Source: Eledone cirrhosa (Eukaryota). Taken from it: a stretch of DNA of 64,000 nt. The translations under genes were made by a program, and so were the position numbers. The notes beneath the pieces were generated by a model, which made no database searches, was not told where the DNA came from, and worked only from the letters and a program-made list of their open reading frames with translations. The stretch lies in assembly GCA_964016885.1 (NCBI GenBank), contig OZ024750.1, positions 44,640,001 to 44,704,000 of the forward strand, written 5' to 3'. Positions 35,095 to 44,847 of the stretch are shown here, in pieces; position 1 is the first letter of the stretch; every line of letters begins with the position of its first letter.

Positions 35095-38000
35095 ATGGCC
35101 ATAAGAGTAGGAAGTTTAAATGTTCGTGGCCTGGGGTCGCCCTGGAAGCAAGGTCACTTGCTCAACGACCTCAGGTCACTAGGAATGGATGTAATTGCCA
35201 TCAGCGAGACCAGAATTTCCGACACACGCGCACTGGCGCCGATTTTCGACGATTATCAGATCTTTGCATCTGTTAGTCGGCCGGGAATGGGAGGTGGAGT
35301 GGCTGTGCTGTTTAGGAAATGTCTGGATCTCGAGGTAAGGTCAATCTTCCGGGATCCTGACGGAAAGTTGGTGGTCCTGGACGTGAGCAATAGCGAAGGT
35401 GGTGCCTTTAGACTGGTGGCCGTCTACGCCCCTACTGGGGCCGGTCGGCCGGACTTCTTTAGGCGCCTGGAAAACTTTCTGCTTACGTCTCGCCCTTTAC
35501 TGTTAATAGGGGATTGGAATGGCATCTTAGAAGCACGCTGGGATTGTGTGGGAGTATCTGATAGGAGCGGGGGGTGCAAAAGCCTCAAGTACCTGATCAG
35601 CCAGTTTCAACTGTCTGACAGGTACCGACTAGATTTCCCTAATGCGCCAGTATGGACCTGGACCAATCGCATAGGGTCATCTAGATCGTACATAGATAGG
35701 ATTTTCATTAGGAAAAGAGATAGAAATAGTGTAGGATGTCCACATTTTAAAACGGTTGCCTATTCAGATCACAAGCTTGTGATCTGTATGGTCGACCTAG
35801 ATAAGACACGTAGGTTAGGACCTAGCTACTGGAAGCTAAACATGTCGTTTCCGGCACGTAAAGCTTACAGGGACCGGGTCAACAACTTAGTTAAGCAAAA
35901 GTTGACAGGGGGGGTTGTCAACAACAGGTGGTGGGGGGCACTCAAAAGAGAGATTAGAGCAACCTCGATAGGATTTAGCAAAGAAGTAGCAATAGAGAAA
36001 AATAGAAAGGAGGAGGGGCTGATAGCTAAGTTAGACGAGGCTATTTGTAGTGGCATTGCAACAGACGTGCTAGCGGCGAGAATGGCACTAGACCATTTCT
36101 TCAATGCGAAACACGAAGGTTGCATTGTCAGAGCTAAGGCGCGTGCTCTGAGGAACGAGGGAACCAAAGCTGCCCGATGGGCTCGCTTTGCAGAGACGCA
36201 GCGTGGAAATAAAACCACAATTCGGTCTTTGACGGATCGAGATGGACACGAACTGAGCGATTCCAAGCGGATGTGTGAGGCCTTTCGCCAGCACTTTGCT
36301 CGATTGTTCGGGAGGATGGGTGAGTCGGAGATGGCGGCGGACTTCAGTCCCTACCTCGACGGCTTGCCACGCCTCTCGACGGCCGACGCTGAGCGCTGCG
36401 AAGAGCCGATAACATCAGCCGAAATTCAGGACGCCCTTGTCGGCTGCTCGAGTCGCAAGTCACCCGGTTTGGATGGTCTGCCCTACGAGCTTTACGTAAA
36501 TATGCCAGACTTGTTCTCCGATCTCCTCGAAGCGCTCTACTGCAACTGGCAGCAGAACGGGAGCATTCCCAGTTCTGTGAGCCGTGGCGTAGTGACGCTG
36601 ATAAGGAAAGACGAGAACAAGAGGGACACACTAGATAATTTCAGGCCCATAACCCTGCTCAACACAGAGTTTAAGATTTTGGCCAAGGTGTTAGCGAAAA
36701 GGTTGGCGCTTGTCGTCAAAGATTTGGTTGGGGAGGCGCAAACTTGCGCAATCCCGACCAGGTCCATACACGACAACCTCCACCTCATGCGATACATCAT
36801 AGAGAGGGTTGGGTGCAAACCTGGCTTCGGTGGGGCTCTGATCAATTTAGATCAATCGAAAGCATTCGATAGGGTCGACCATCGGTACTTGGAGGCTGTC
36901 CTCGAGGCGGCTGGCTTCGGCCCCGTCTTCAGAAGCTGGATCGCTGCAATGTACAGCGGCATCCGCTCGGTGGTCAAAGTTAATGGCCACCTCTCGGAAC
37001 CGTTTCAGATCTCTCGATCGGTCCGTCAAGGGTGCCCTCTCTCCTCACTTCTGTACGTATTGACTCTTGAGCCTCTACTGCGGAAGCTGGAGTTGTTGCA
37101 GGGCATCCCGCTCGAACCGGGACGTAGAAAGGCTGCGTCCGCTTATGCGGACGACATCACCGTGATGGTGTCGGACACCTCGGAAATCGAGGTGATCCGC
37201 ACCCATTTGGAGGAATATGAAAGGTTGACGGGAGCAAAACTTAACCCGGAAAAGTCGGTGGGCTTGCAGCTCGGCACCTGGAGAGGCAAGTCCATGCCGT
37301 CCAACAGCGTCGTTGGGCGCTGGACAGACGGACCGGTAAAGTTGCTCGGGGTTTGGTTCGGACCAGACCTCCAGGTGGATAAGAATTGGGACGAGGTGAC
37401 GAGCAGGATAGCCAACCTCACCCAGAAATGGGCTGAGAGAAAGCTATCACTGAAAGGGCGGGCGGAGGTGGCGAACGCGTACATCGCGTCCGTCATCTAC
37501 TACCGCCTGACCGTCGTGCCTTGCCCCCGTCCACGCCTCGCCAATTTGGAACGGCTCCTTTTCAAATTTTTGTGGAGGGGACGGGTCCCGTTGGTGAGGC
37601 GGTCCATCTGCTGCCAGCACCCTCTTCGTGGAGGGCTGGGCATGCCGTGGCTAATGATGCGCAGACATGCGCTGAGGCTGCGACATCTCCAGATATTTTG
37701 CCTAAACGGTGAACAGGTGTGGTCGCCGTTTGTTAGACGGGCCTTTCCGCAGCTCATCTCTTTGACTGAGCTGCAGTCCTGGGTCAAGAAGAGACCGAGA
37801 CTGGGCGACTGGCATCTGGAATGTTGCCAGGCGCTCACTGCACTCTGCAAGGTGGGCAATGCGGTCAGTGGAACTTCCACTCAAGATTTCTATAGAGGAT
37901 TAGTGGAGGGCAAGTGCGATGACGTACTAGGAGAGGCTCTGGGCGTCAACGAAGTAGAACTGACCAGTATGTTCCGGAGGACTTTCGAGCCGGGGACGAT

Positions 38001-38514
38001 GGATAACTTCCAGAAATCCCTCGCTTGGCAGTGCTACCGGGGGGCGCTGCCGGTTCGGGATAAACTCTACAGGCACGGAAGTGCTGTCAGACGAACCTGC
38101 CCGAGATGCGCGCAGAGCGACGAAACCGTTCTGCACGCACTCGTCCAGTGTCCGTGCATTGCTGACTTGTGGGGTTATGTCGAACAGCTATTGTCGCGTG
38201 TAGAACGGATCCGGCTATCGTCCGAGTCCATAGTGAAGATTGACCCGCCGCCTTCTTTTGGTCAGGAAGGGCAGGCAATTTTCCTCTGCCTGGTGGCAGT
38301 AGCGAAAGAGGTTGCATGGTGGACCAGGTTGAAAGGACTGAAGACAGACACTTTTCTCTTCGGCCAATCCCTCATCAACTTCTTCAAGTTTCACTTGGAA
38401 AGGAAGGTGAGGGTGGAGAGAGAAGTGCTGCCCCCCAGTACATTTACTGAAAGGTGGGTGAATGTGGCGAGAATGGCCCGCGTGAGTGGGCCTACTCTGA
38501 TCATGCGCCTGTAG
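35095..38514 (+). CDS. ORF2 APE-RT-CCHC (1139 aa)
   Basis: LNVRGL, GDWN, SDH, KAFD, QGCPLS, YADD, CPRC..H..C; no RNase H recognised. Confidence 0.97.
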   Translation: MAIRVGSLNVRGLGSPWKQGHLLNDLRSLGMDVIAISETRISDTRALAPIFDDYQIFASVSRPGMGGGVAVLFRKCLDLEVRSIFRDPDGKLVVLDVSNSEGGAFRLVAVYAPTGAGRPDFFRRLENFLLTSRPLLLIGDWNGILEARWDCVGVSDRSGGCKSLKYLISQFQLSDRYRLDFPNAPVWTWTNRIGSSRSYIDRIFIRKRDRNSVGCPHFKTVAYSDHKLVICMVDLDKTRRLGPSYWKLNMSFPARKAYRDRVNNLVKQKLTGGVVNNRWWGALKREIRATSIGFSKEVAIEKNRKEEGLIAKLDEAICSGIATDVLAARMALDHFFNAKHEGCIVRAKARALRNEGTKAARWARFAETQRGNKTTIRSLTDRDGHELSDSKRMCEAFRQHFARLFGRMGESEMAADFSPYLDGLPRLSTADAERCEEPITSAEIQDALVGCSSRKSPGLDGLPYELYVNMPDLFSDLLEALYCNWQQNGSIPSSVSRGVVTLIRKDENKRDTLDNFRPITLLNTEFKILAKVLAKRLALVVKDLVGEAQTCAIPTRSIHDNLHLMRYIIERVGCKPGFGGALINLDQSKAFDRVDHRYLEAVLEAAGFGPVFRSWIAAMYSGIRSVVKVNGHLSEPFQISRSVRQGCPLSSLLYVLTLEPLLRKLELLQGIPLEPGRRKAASAYADDITVMVSDTSEIEVIRTHLEEYERLTGAKLNPEKSVGLQLGTWRGKSMPSNSVVGRWTDGPVKLLGVWFGPDLQVDKNWDEVTSRIANLTQKWAERKLSLKGRAEVANAYIASVIYYRLTVVPCPRPRLANLERLLFKFLWRGRVPLVRRSICCQHPLRGGLGMPWLMMRRHALRLRHLQIFCLNGEQVWSPFVRRAFPQLISLTELQSWVKKRPRLGDWHLECCQALTALCKVGNAVSGTSTQDFYRGLVEGKCDDVLGEALGVNEVELTSMFRRTFEPGTMDNFQKSLAWQCYRGALPVRDKLYRHGSAVRRTCPRCAQSDETVLHALVQCPCIADLWGYVEQLLSRVERIRLSSESIVKIDPPPSFGQEGQAIFLCLVAVAKEVAWWTRLKGLKTDTFLFGQSLINFFKFHLERKVRVEREVLPPSTFTERWVNVARMARVSGPTLIMRL

Positions 38515-38999
38515 GCTGGTGAATTCGAGAAGGAGAGGGGTGCCCTTCCCGGGTGCCCTAGGAGCGTCGGGTGGCTCAAGACTGGTGGGGTGCTTGAGTC
38601 AACCCTGGGTGGTGATCCCTCTTATTGGGGAACTTTCATTGTTGTATTTTTATTGTTATTTTGTTTTTTTGTTATTTATACTTACTCGATCTCTATGTAA
38701 ACCCCCACTGTCCCTGTCTATTGTGTTGTCCCCTATATGTCGGCCCTTGTGGCCAATAAATGAAATCATTATTATTATTATTATTATTGACGAAAGTGGA
38801 TGTACGTTTTTTGAAGCTCCGTGAGTAAGCAATTTTTGAGGATTAATTGTAGAGAATTGTTTATTTTTTGTACCGCTGAAGCATTATAAGACATTAATTT
38901 GTATCCTGTGAAGGAATAACTCATAATATTTGGGCCTTTTGGCCCAAATATTTGAACTTTATTTTGAAAAAAAATAATAATTTTTTTCTCAAAAAAAAC

Positions 39000-40910
39000 A
39001 TGGCGGAGCCACGCCCCCTAGAGGCGGGTCTGCTGTCGTGCAACGGCGACTTGAGCGTTGAGAGGAGAGGTGAGGCGAGGAGCGCCACCAGCACGAATGT
39101 GAGCAGCGACAGTGCCAGCACCAACGGGCCGAGCGGCGCGGAAGGTGGTAACAGCGACAACACCAACACCAACAAGCCGAACAGCGCAGAAGGTGGTAAT
39201 AGCGAGAGCACCAACAAAACGAACAGCACAGAGAGTAATAGTAGCGACAGCAGCAGCACCAACAAGGCCAACAGCACAGAAGGTAACCACGACACAGGGG
39301 AGAACAACAACAGCAATAGCAGCAGCAACACCAACAAGAACAACAACAGTGACAACACCAACAAGAACACTTTCGCTGCTGTGGCAGCGGCTAAAAGGAG
39401 ACCATGCTACAGCATCGACTTAACCAACAGAGAGGAAAAGTTGGCCCAGGCCTGGAAAATCATAAATCAAGAGCAGACCTGGGCAAACTTAACTGTCCCG
39501 GCAGAAGCCATTGAGGCAGTGGAAAAAAGAACGGTGCATTTCAGATGCATCTCAGTAGAGACAAAGAGGGCAGCGATAATCGCCCAAGCTGACATAGAAG
39601 CCGCACTGAAATACATCAGAGAGGACACAGACTTCATAGAGAGGGGCAGGCAATACGGCACCGTTTCGGTGCTGTTCAAGTCTGAAGCCCTCGCTGTGAA
39701 GCATTCAATGACCCCTTGCAAAACCAGCAAGGTCATAATGTACCCCTCCCACATGGGAAAACGAATAGCACGTGTGCGCATTCCCAGGATTCCACCAGGA
39801 CTTGATATGTGGTGGCTCCTGGGTTGCGTAATCGTGGAAGGAACGGATACAGTCCCGGTAGAGGCAACGAGAACTGCCAGGGACGACTGGTCCGGGGTTG
39901 ATCTGGAGATACTGCTCCAAATCAGACCCGAAAACGTAAAAACAATCCCGGACCACATCCGCCTCCAAAACGGGAGGGTGTTGCATATAATGACTGAGGG
40001 CAAAAGGCCGCATTGTTTCCTTTGTGGGGAAACGACACACTTGCGAGCCTTCTGCCCTCAACTGCCGAAAAGCGCAAGGGGTCGAACGATTCCACTGCTG
40101 GCGACGCCGGGACAAGGACCACCAGCAACACCGTCAACAATGGAACCACCAAAATTGCACACCCAGGGGGGAAACGAGGAAAGCTCTCCCATTCCCCCTC
40201 CCCCCCAAAATACACACACGAACAAGAACATAAACACTCACTCAGACACAAACACGCTCACAGCCACAGACCCCTCATCCTCCAGCAGTGAAGATGAGGG
40301 AAAACCAAAGTCCCCCAAAATACAAAAAACAAAACACAAAAAAAAAAGAAATCCACAAAGCACAAACACCCCCACAAAAAAAAATACACACACCACCCAC
40401 ACAAACATTTTCCCCACAGCATCACCAACACAACCACCAAAATCCCCCAAACGCAAACAAGCTAAACAGACACAAGAACAAATAGACACACAAACATCAG
40501 AAACTACAGACACCCCACCCACAACAAACGCAGACACAATAGAAACAACACTAACAAAGCTATCACCACCACAATCACACGAACAAATAAAACCCGAGCA
40601 ACAAAACATTAAAAACTTCGTGCTTGCCAGAAGGGCCAACAAGGAATTGATGGCCCATGTAGCACGAAGCACAAACATCGAAAAAGACGGGGAAACATTT
40701 GAAGCGAGCACATTTCGCGTACCAGATAATTTGCTTCTGATGCGAATGTCGCTCGCTTCATACAAAGAAATTCGAAAGAGCTTTCCTCGGGATGTGGGAA
40801 CCCCGAACGTAAAACCCACGTCAAGACTATTAAAGGGGTTCCCAAAAGAAACCCCACAAACCATGGAGGTCGAACCACCCGACCTTCACAAGACCCCGGA
40901 AGGTAAGTAA
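39000..40910 (+). CDS. ORF1 (636 aa)
   Basis: As A1. Confidence 0.9.
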   Translation: MAEPRPLEAGLLSCNGDLSVERRGEARSATSTNVSSDSASTNGPSGAEGGNSDNTNTNKPNSAEGGNSESTNKTNSTESNSSDSSSTNKANSTEGNHDTGENNNSNSSSNTNKNNNSDNTNKNTFAAVAAAKRRPCYSIDLTNREEKLAQAWKIINQEQTWANLTVPAEAIEAVEKRTVHFRCISVETKRAAIIAQADIEAALKYIREDTDFIERGRQYGTVSVLFKSEALAVKHSMTPCKTSKVIMYPSHMGKRIARVRIPRIPPGLDMWWLLGCVIVEGTDTVPVEATRTARDDWSGVDLEILLQIRPENVKTIPDHIRLQNGRVLHIMTEGKRPHCFLCGETTHLRAFCPQLPKSARGRTIPLLATPGQGPPATPSTMEPPKLHTQGGNEESSPIPPPPQNTHTNKNINTHSDTNTLTATDPSSSSSEDEGKPKSPKIQKTKHKKKRNPQSTNTPTKKNTHTTHTNIFPTASPTQPPKSPKRKQAKQTQEQIDTQTSETTDTPPTTNADTIETTLTKLSPPQSHEQIKPEQQNIKNFVLARRANKELMAHVARSTNIEKDGETFEASTFRVPDNLLLMRMSLASYKEIRKSFPRDVGTPNVKPTSRLLKGFPKETPQTMEVEPPDLHKTPEGK

Positions 40911-40939
40911 ACCTTTCCTCTCCCATTCATCCTGCCAGC

Positions 40940-43900
40940 ATGGCCATAAGAGTAGGAAGTTTAAATGTTCGTGGCCTGGGGTCGCCCTGGAAGCAAGGTC
41001 ACTTGCTCAACGACCTCAGGTCACTAGGAATGGATGTAATTGCCATCAGCGAGACCAGAATTTCCGACACACGCGCACTGGCGCCGATTTTCGACGATTA
41101 TCAGATCTTTGCATCTGTTAGTCGGCCGGGAATGGGAGGTGGAGTGGCTGTGCTGTTTAGGAAATGTCTGGATCTCGAGGTAAGGTCAATCTTCCGGGAT
41201 CCTGACGGAAAGTTGGTGGTCCTGGACGTGAGCAGTGGCGAAGGTGGTGCCTTTAGACTGGTGGCCGTCTACGCCCCTACTGGGGCCGGTCGGCCGGACT
41301 TCTTTAGGCGCCTGGAAAACTTTCTGCTTACGTCTCGCCCTTTACTGTTAATAGGGGATTGGAATGGCATCTTAGAAGCACGCTGGGATTGTGTGGGAGT
41401 ATCTGATAGGAGCGGGGGGTGCAAAAGCCTCAAGTACCTGATCAGCCAGTTTCAACTGTCTGACAGGTACCGACTAGATTTCCCTAATGCGCCAGTATGG
41501 ACCTGGACCAATCGCATAGGGTCATCTAGATCGTACATAGATAGGATTTTCATTAGGAAAAGAGATAGAAATAGTGTAGGATGTCCACATTTTAAAACGG
41601 TTGCCTATTCAGATCACAAGCTTGTGATCTGTATGGTCGACCTAGATAAGACACGTAGGTTAGGACCTAGCTACTGGAAGCTAAACATGTCGTTTCCGGC
41701 ACGTAAAGCTTACAGGGACCGGGTCAACAACTTAGTTAAGCAAAAGTTGACAGGGGGGGTTGTCAACAACAGGTGGTGGGGGGCACTCAAAAGAGAGATT
41801 AGAGCAACCTCGATAGGATTTAGCAAAGAAGTAGCAATAGAGAAAAATAGAAAGGAGGAGGGGCTGATAGCTAAGTTAGACGAGGCTATTTGTAGTGGCA
41901 TTGCAACAGACGTGCTAGCGGCGAGAATGGCACTAGACCATTTCTTCAATGCGAAACACGAAGGTTGCATTGTCAGAGCTAAGGCGCGTGCTCTGAGGAA
42001 CGAGGGAAGCAAAGCTGCCCGATGGGCTCGCTTTGCAGAGACGCAGCGTGGAAATAAAACCACAATTCGGTCTTTGACGGATCGAGATGGACACGAACTG
42101 AGCGATTCCAAGCAGATGTGTGAGGCCTTTCGCCAGCACTTTGCTCGATTGTTCGGGAGGATGGGTGAGTCGGAGACGGCGGCGGACTTCAGTCCCTACC
42201 TCGACGGCTTGCCACGCCTCTCGACGGCCGACGCTGAGCGCTGCGAAGAGCCGATAACATCAGCCGAAATTCAGGACGCCCTTGTCGGCTGCTCGAGTCG
42301 CAAGTCACCCGGTTTGGATGGTCTGCCCTACGAGCTTTACGTAAATATGCCAGACTTGTTCTCCGATCTCCTCGAAGCGCTCTACTGCAACTGGCAGCAG
42401 AACGGGAGCATTCCCAGTTCTGTGAGCCGTGGTGTAGTGACGCTGATAAGGAAAGACGAGAACAAGAGGGACACACTAGATAATTTCAGGCCCATAACCC
42501 TGCTCAACACAGAGTTTAAGATTTTGGCCAAGGTGTTAGCGAAAAGGTTGGCGCTTGTCGTCAAAGATTTGGTTGGGGAGGCGCAAACTTGCGCAATCCC
42601 GACCAGGTCCATACACGACAACCTCCACCTCATGCGATACATCATAGAGAGGGTTGGGTGCAAACCTGGCTTCGGTGGGGCTCTGATCAATTTAGATCAA
42701 TCGAAAGCATTCGATAGGGTCGACCATCGGTACTTGGAGGCTGTCCTCGAGGCGGCTGGCTTCGGCCCCGTCTTCAGAAGCTGGATCGCTGCAATGTACA
42801 GCGGCATCCGCTCGGTGGTCAAAGTTAATGGCCACCTCTCGGAACCGTTTCAGATCTCTCGATCGGTCCGTCAAGGGTGCCCTCTCTCCTCACTTCTGTA
42901 CGTATTGACTCTTGAGCCTCTACTGCGGAAGCTGGAGTTGTTGCAGGGCATCCCGCTCGAACCGGGACGTAGAAAGGCTGCGTCCGCTTATGCGGACGAC
43001 ATCACCGTGATGGTGTCGGACACCTCGGAAATCGAGGTGATCCGCACCCATTTGGAGGAATATGAAAGGTTGACGGGAGCAAAACTTAACCCGGAAAAGT
43101 CGGTGGGCTTGCAGCTCGGCACCTGGAGAGGCAAGTCCATGCCGTCCAACAGCGTCGTTGGGCGCTGGACAGACGGACCGGTAAAGTTGCTCGGGGTTTG
43201 GTTCGGACCAGACCTCCAGGTGGATAAGAATTGGGACGAGGTGACGAGCAGGATAGCCAACCTCACCCAGAAATGGGCTGAGAGAAAGCTATCACTGAAA
43301 GGGCGGGCGGAGGTGGCGAACGCGTACATCGCGTCCGTCATCTACTACCGCCTGACCGTCGTGCCTTGCCCCCGTCCACGCCTCGCCAATTTGGAACGGC
43401 TCCTTTTCAAATTTTTGTGGAGGGGACGGGTCCCGTTGGTGAGGAGGTCCATCTGCTGCCAGCACCCTCTTCGTGGAGGGCTGGGCATGCCGTGGCTAAT
43501 GATGCGCAGACATGCGCTGAGGCTGCGACATCTCCAGATATTTTGCCTAAACGGTGAACAGGTGTGGTCGCCGTTTGTTAGACGGGCCTTTCCGCAGCTC
43601 ATCTCTTTGACTGAGCTGCAGTCCTGGGTCAAGAAGAGACCGAGACTGGGCGACTGGCATCTGGAATGTTGCCAGGCGCTCACTGCACTCTGCAAGGTGG
43701 GCAATGCGGTCAGTGGAACTTCCACTCAAGATTTCTATAGAGGATTAGTGGAGGGCAAGTGCGATGACGTACTAGGAGAGGCTCTGGGCGTCAACGAAGT
43801 AGAACTGACCAGTATGTTCCGGAGGACTTTCGAGCCGGGGACGATGGATAACTTCCAGAAATCCCTCGCTTGGCAGTGCTACCGGGGGGCGCTGCCGGTT

Positions 43901-44359
43901 CGGGATAAACTCTACAGGCACGGAAGTGCTGTCAGACGAACCTGCCCGAGATGCGCGCAGAGCGACGAAACCGTTCTGCACGCACTCGTCCAGTGTCCGT
44001 GCATTGCTGACTTGTGGGGTTATGTCGAACAGCTATTGTCGCGTGTAGAACGGATCCGGCTATCGTCCGAGTCCATAGTGAAGATTGACCCGCCGCCTTC
44101 TTTTGGTCAGGAAGGGCAGGCAATTTTCCTCTGCCTGGTGGCAGTAGCGAAAGAGGTTGCATGGTGGACCAGGTTGAAAGGACTGAAGACAGACACTTTT
44201 CTCTTCGGCCAATCCCTCATCAACTTCTTCAAGTTTCACTTGGAAAGGAAGGTGAGGGTGGAGAGAGAAGTGCTGCCCCCCAGTACATTTACTGAAAGGT
44301 GGGTGAATGTGGCGAGAATGGCCCGCGTGAGTGGGCCTACTCTGATCATGCGCCTGTAG
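40940..44359 (+). CDS. ORF2 APE-RT-CCHC
   Basis: As A1. Confidence 0.97.
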   Translation: MAIRVGSLNVRGLGSPWKQGHLLNDLRSLGMDVIAISETRISDTRALAPIFDDYQIFASVSRPGMGGGVAVLFRKCLDLEVRSIFRDPDGKLVVLDVSSGEGGAFRLVAVYAPTGAGRPDFFRRLENFLLTSRPLLLIGDWNGILEARWDCVGVSDRSGGCKSLKYLISQFQLSDRYRLDFPNAPVWTWTNRIGSSRSYIDRIFIRKRDRNSVGCPHFKTVAYSDHKLVICMVDLDKTRRLGPSYWKLNMSFPARKAYRDRVNNLVKQKLTGGVVNNRWWGALKREIRATSIGFSKEVAIEKNRKEEGLIAKLDEAICSGIATDVLAARMALDHFFNAKHEGCIVRAKARALRNEGSKAARWARFAETQRGNKTTIRSLTDRDGHELSDSKQMCEAFRQHFARLFGRMGESETAADFSPYLDGLPRLSTADAERCEEPITSAEIQDALVGCSSRKSPGLDGLPYELYVNMPDLFSDLLEALYCNWQQNGSIPSSVSRGVVTLIRKDENKRDTLDNFRPITLLNTEFKILAKVLAKRLALVVKDLVGEAQTCAIPTRSIHDNLHLMRYIIERVGCKPGFGGALINLDQSKAFDRVDHRYLEAVLEAAGFGPVFRSWIAAMYSGIRSVVKVNGHLSEPFQISRSVRQGCPLSSLLYVLTLEPLLRKLELLQGIPLEPGRRKAASAYADDITVMVSDTSEIEVIRTHLEEYERLTGAKLNPEKSVGLQLGTWRGKSMPSNSVVGRWTDGPVKLLGVWFGPDLQVDKNWDEVTSRIANLTQKWAERKLSLKGRAEVANAYIASVIYYRLTVVPCPRPRLANLERLLFKFLWRGRVPLVRRSICCQHPLRGGLGMPWLMMRRHALRLRHLQIFCLNGEQVWSPFVRRAFPQLISLTELQSWVKKRPRLGDWHLECCQALTALCKVGNAVSGTSTQDFYRGLVEGKCDDVLGEALGVNEVELTSMFRRTFEPGTMDNFQKSLAWQCYRGALPVRDKLYRHGSAVRRTCPRCAQSDETVLHALVQCPCIADLWGYVEQLLSRVERIRLSSESIVKIDPPPSFGQEGQAIFLCLVAVAKEVAWWTRLKGLKTDTFLFGQSLINFFKFHLERKVRVEREVLPPSTFTERWVNVARMARVSGPTLIMRL

Positions 44360-44847
44360 GCTGGTGAATTCGAGAAGGAGAGGGGTGCCCTTCCCGGGTG
44401 CCCTAGGAGCGTCGGGTGGCTCAGGACTGGTGGGGTGCTTGAGTCAACCCTGGGTGGTGATCCCTCTTATTGGGGAACTTTCATTGTTGTATTTTTATTG
44501 TTATTTTGTTTTTGTTTTTTTGTTATTTATACTTACTCGATCTCTATGTAAACCCCCACTGTCCCTGTCTATTGTGTTGTCCCCTATATGTCGGCCCTTG
44601 TGGCCAATAAATGAAATCATTATTATTATTATTATTGACGAAAGTGGATGTACGTTTTTTGAAGCTCCGTGAGTAAGCAATTTTTGAGGATTAATTGTAG
44701 AGAATTGTTTATTTTTTGTACCGCTGAAGCATTATAAGACATTAATTTGTATCCTGTGAAGGAATAACTCATAATATTTGGGCCTTTTGGCCCAAATATT
44801 TGAACTTTATTTTGAAAAAAAATAATAATTTTTTTCTCAAAAAAAAC

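Larger units (their letters stand above)
32992..38767 (+). mobile_element. Full-length Tx1/L1-type LINE, family A copy 1
   Basis: Starts gacgaaagtgg after (ATT)8; ends aataaatgaaatc before (ATT)7. Confidence 0.95.
38789..44618 (+). mobile_element. Family A copy 2
   Basis: Same termini; followed by (ATT)6. Confidence 0.95.

Noticed and set aside
38519-38824. ~101-aa ORF crossing each A-unit junction
   Set aside because: Non-ATG start, runs through the (ATT)n linker as poly-Ile, no recognisable counterpart in family B
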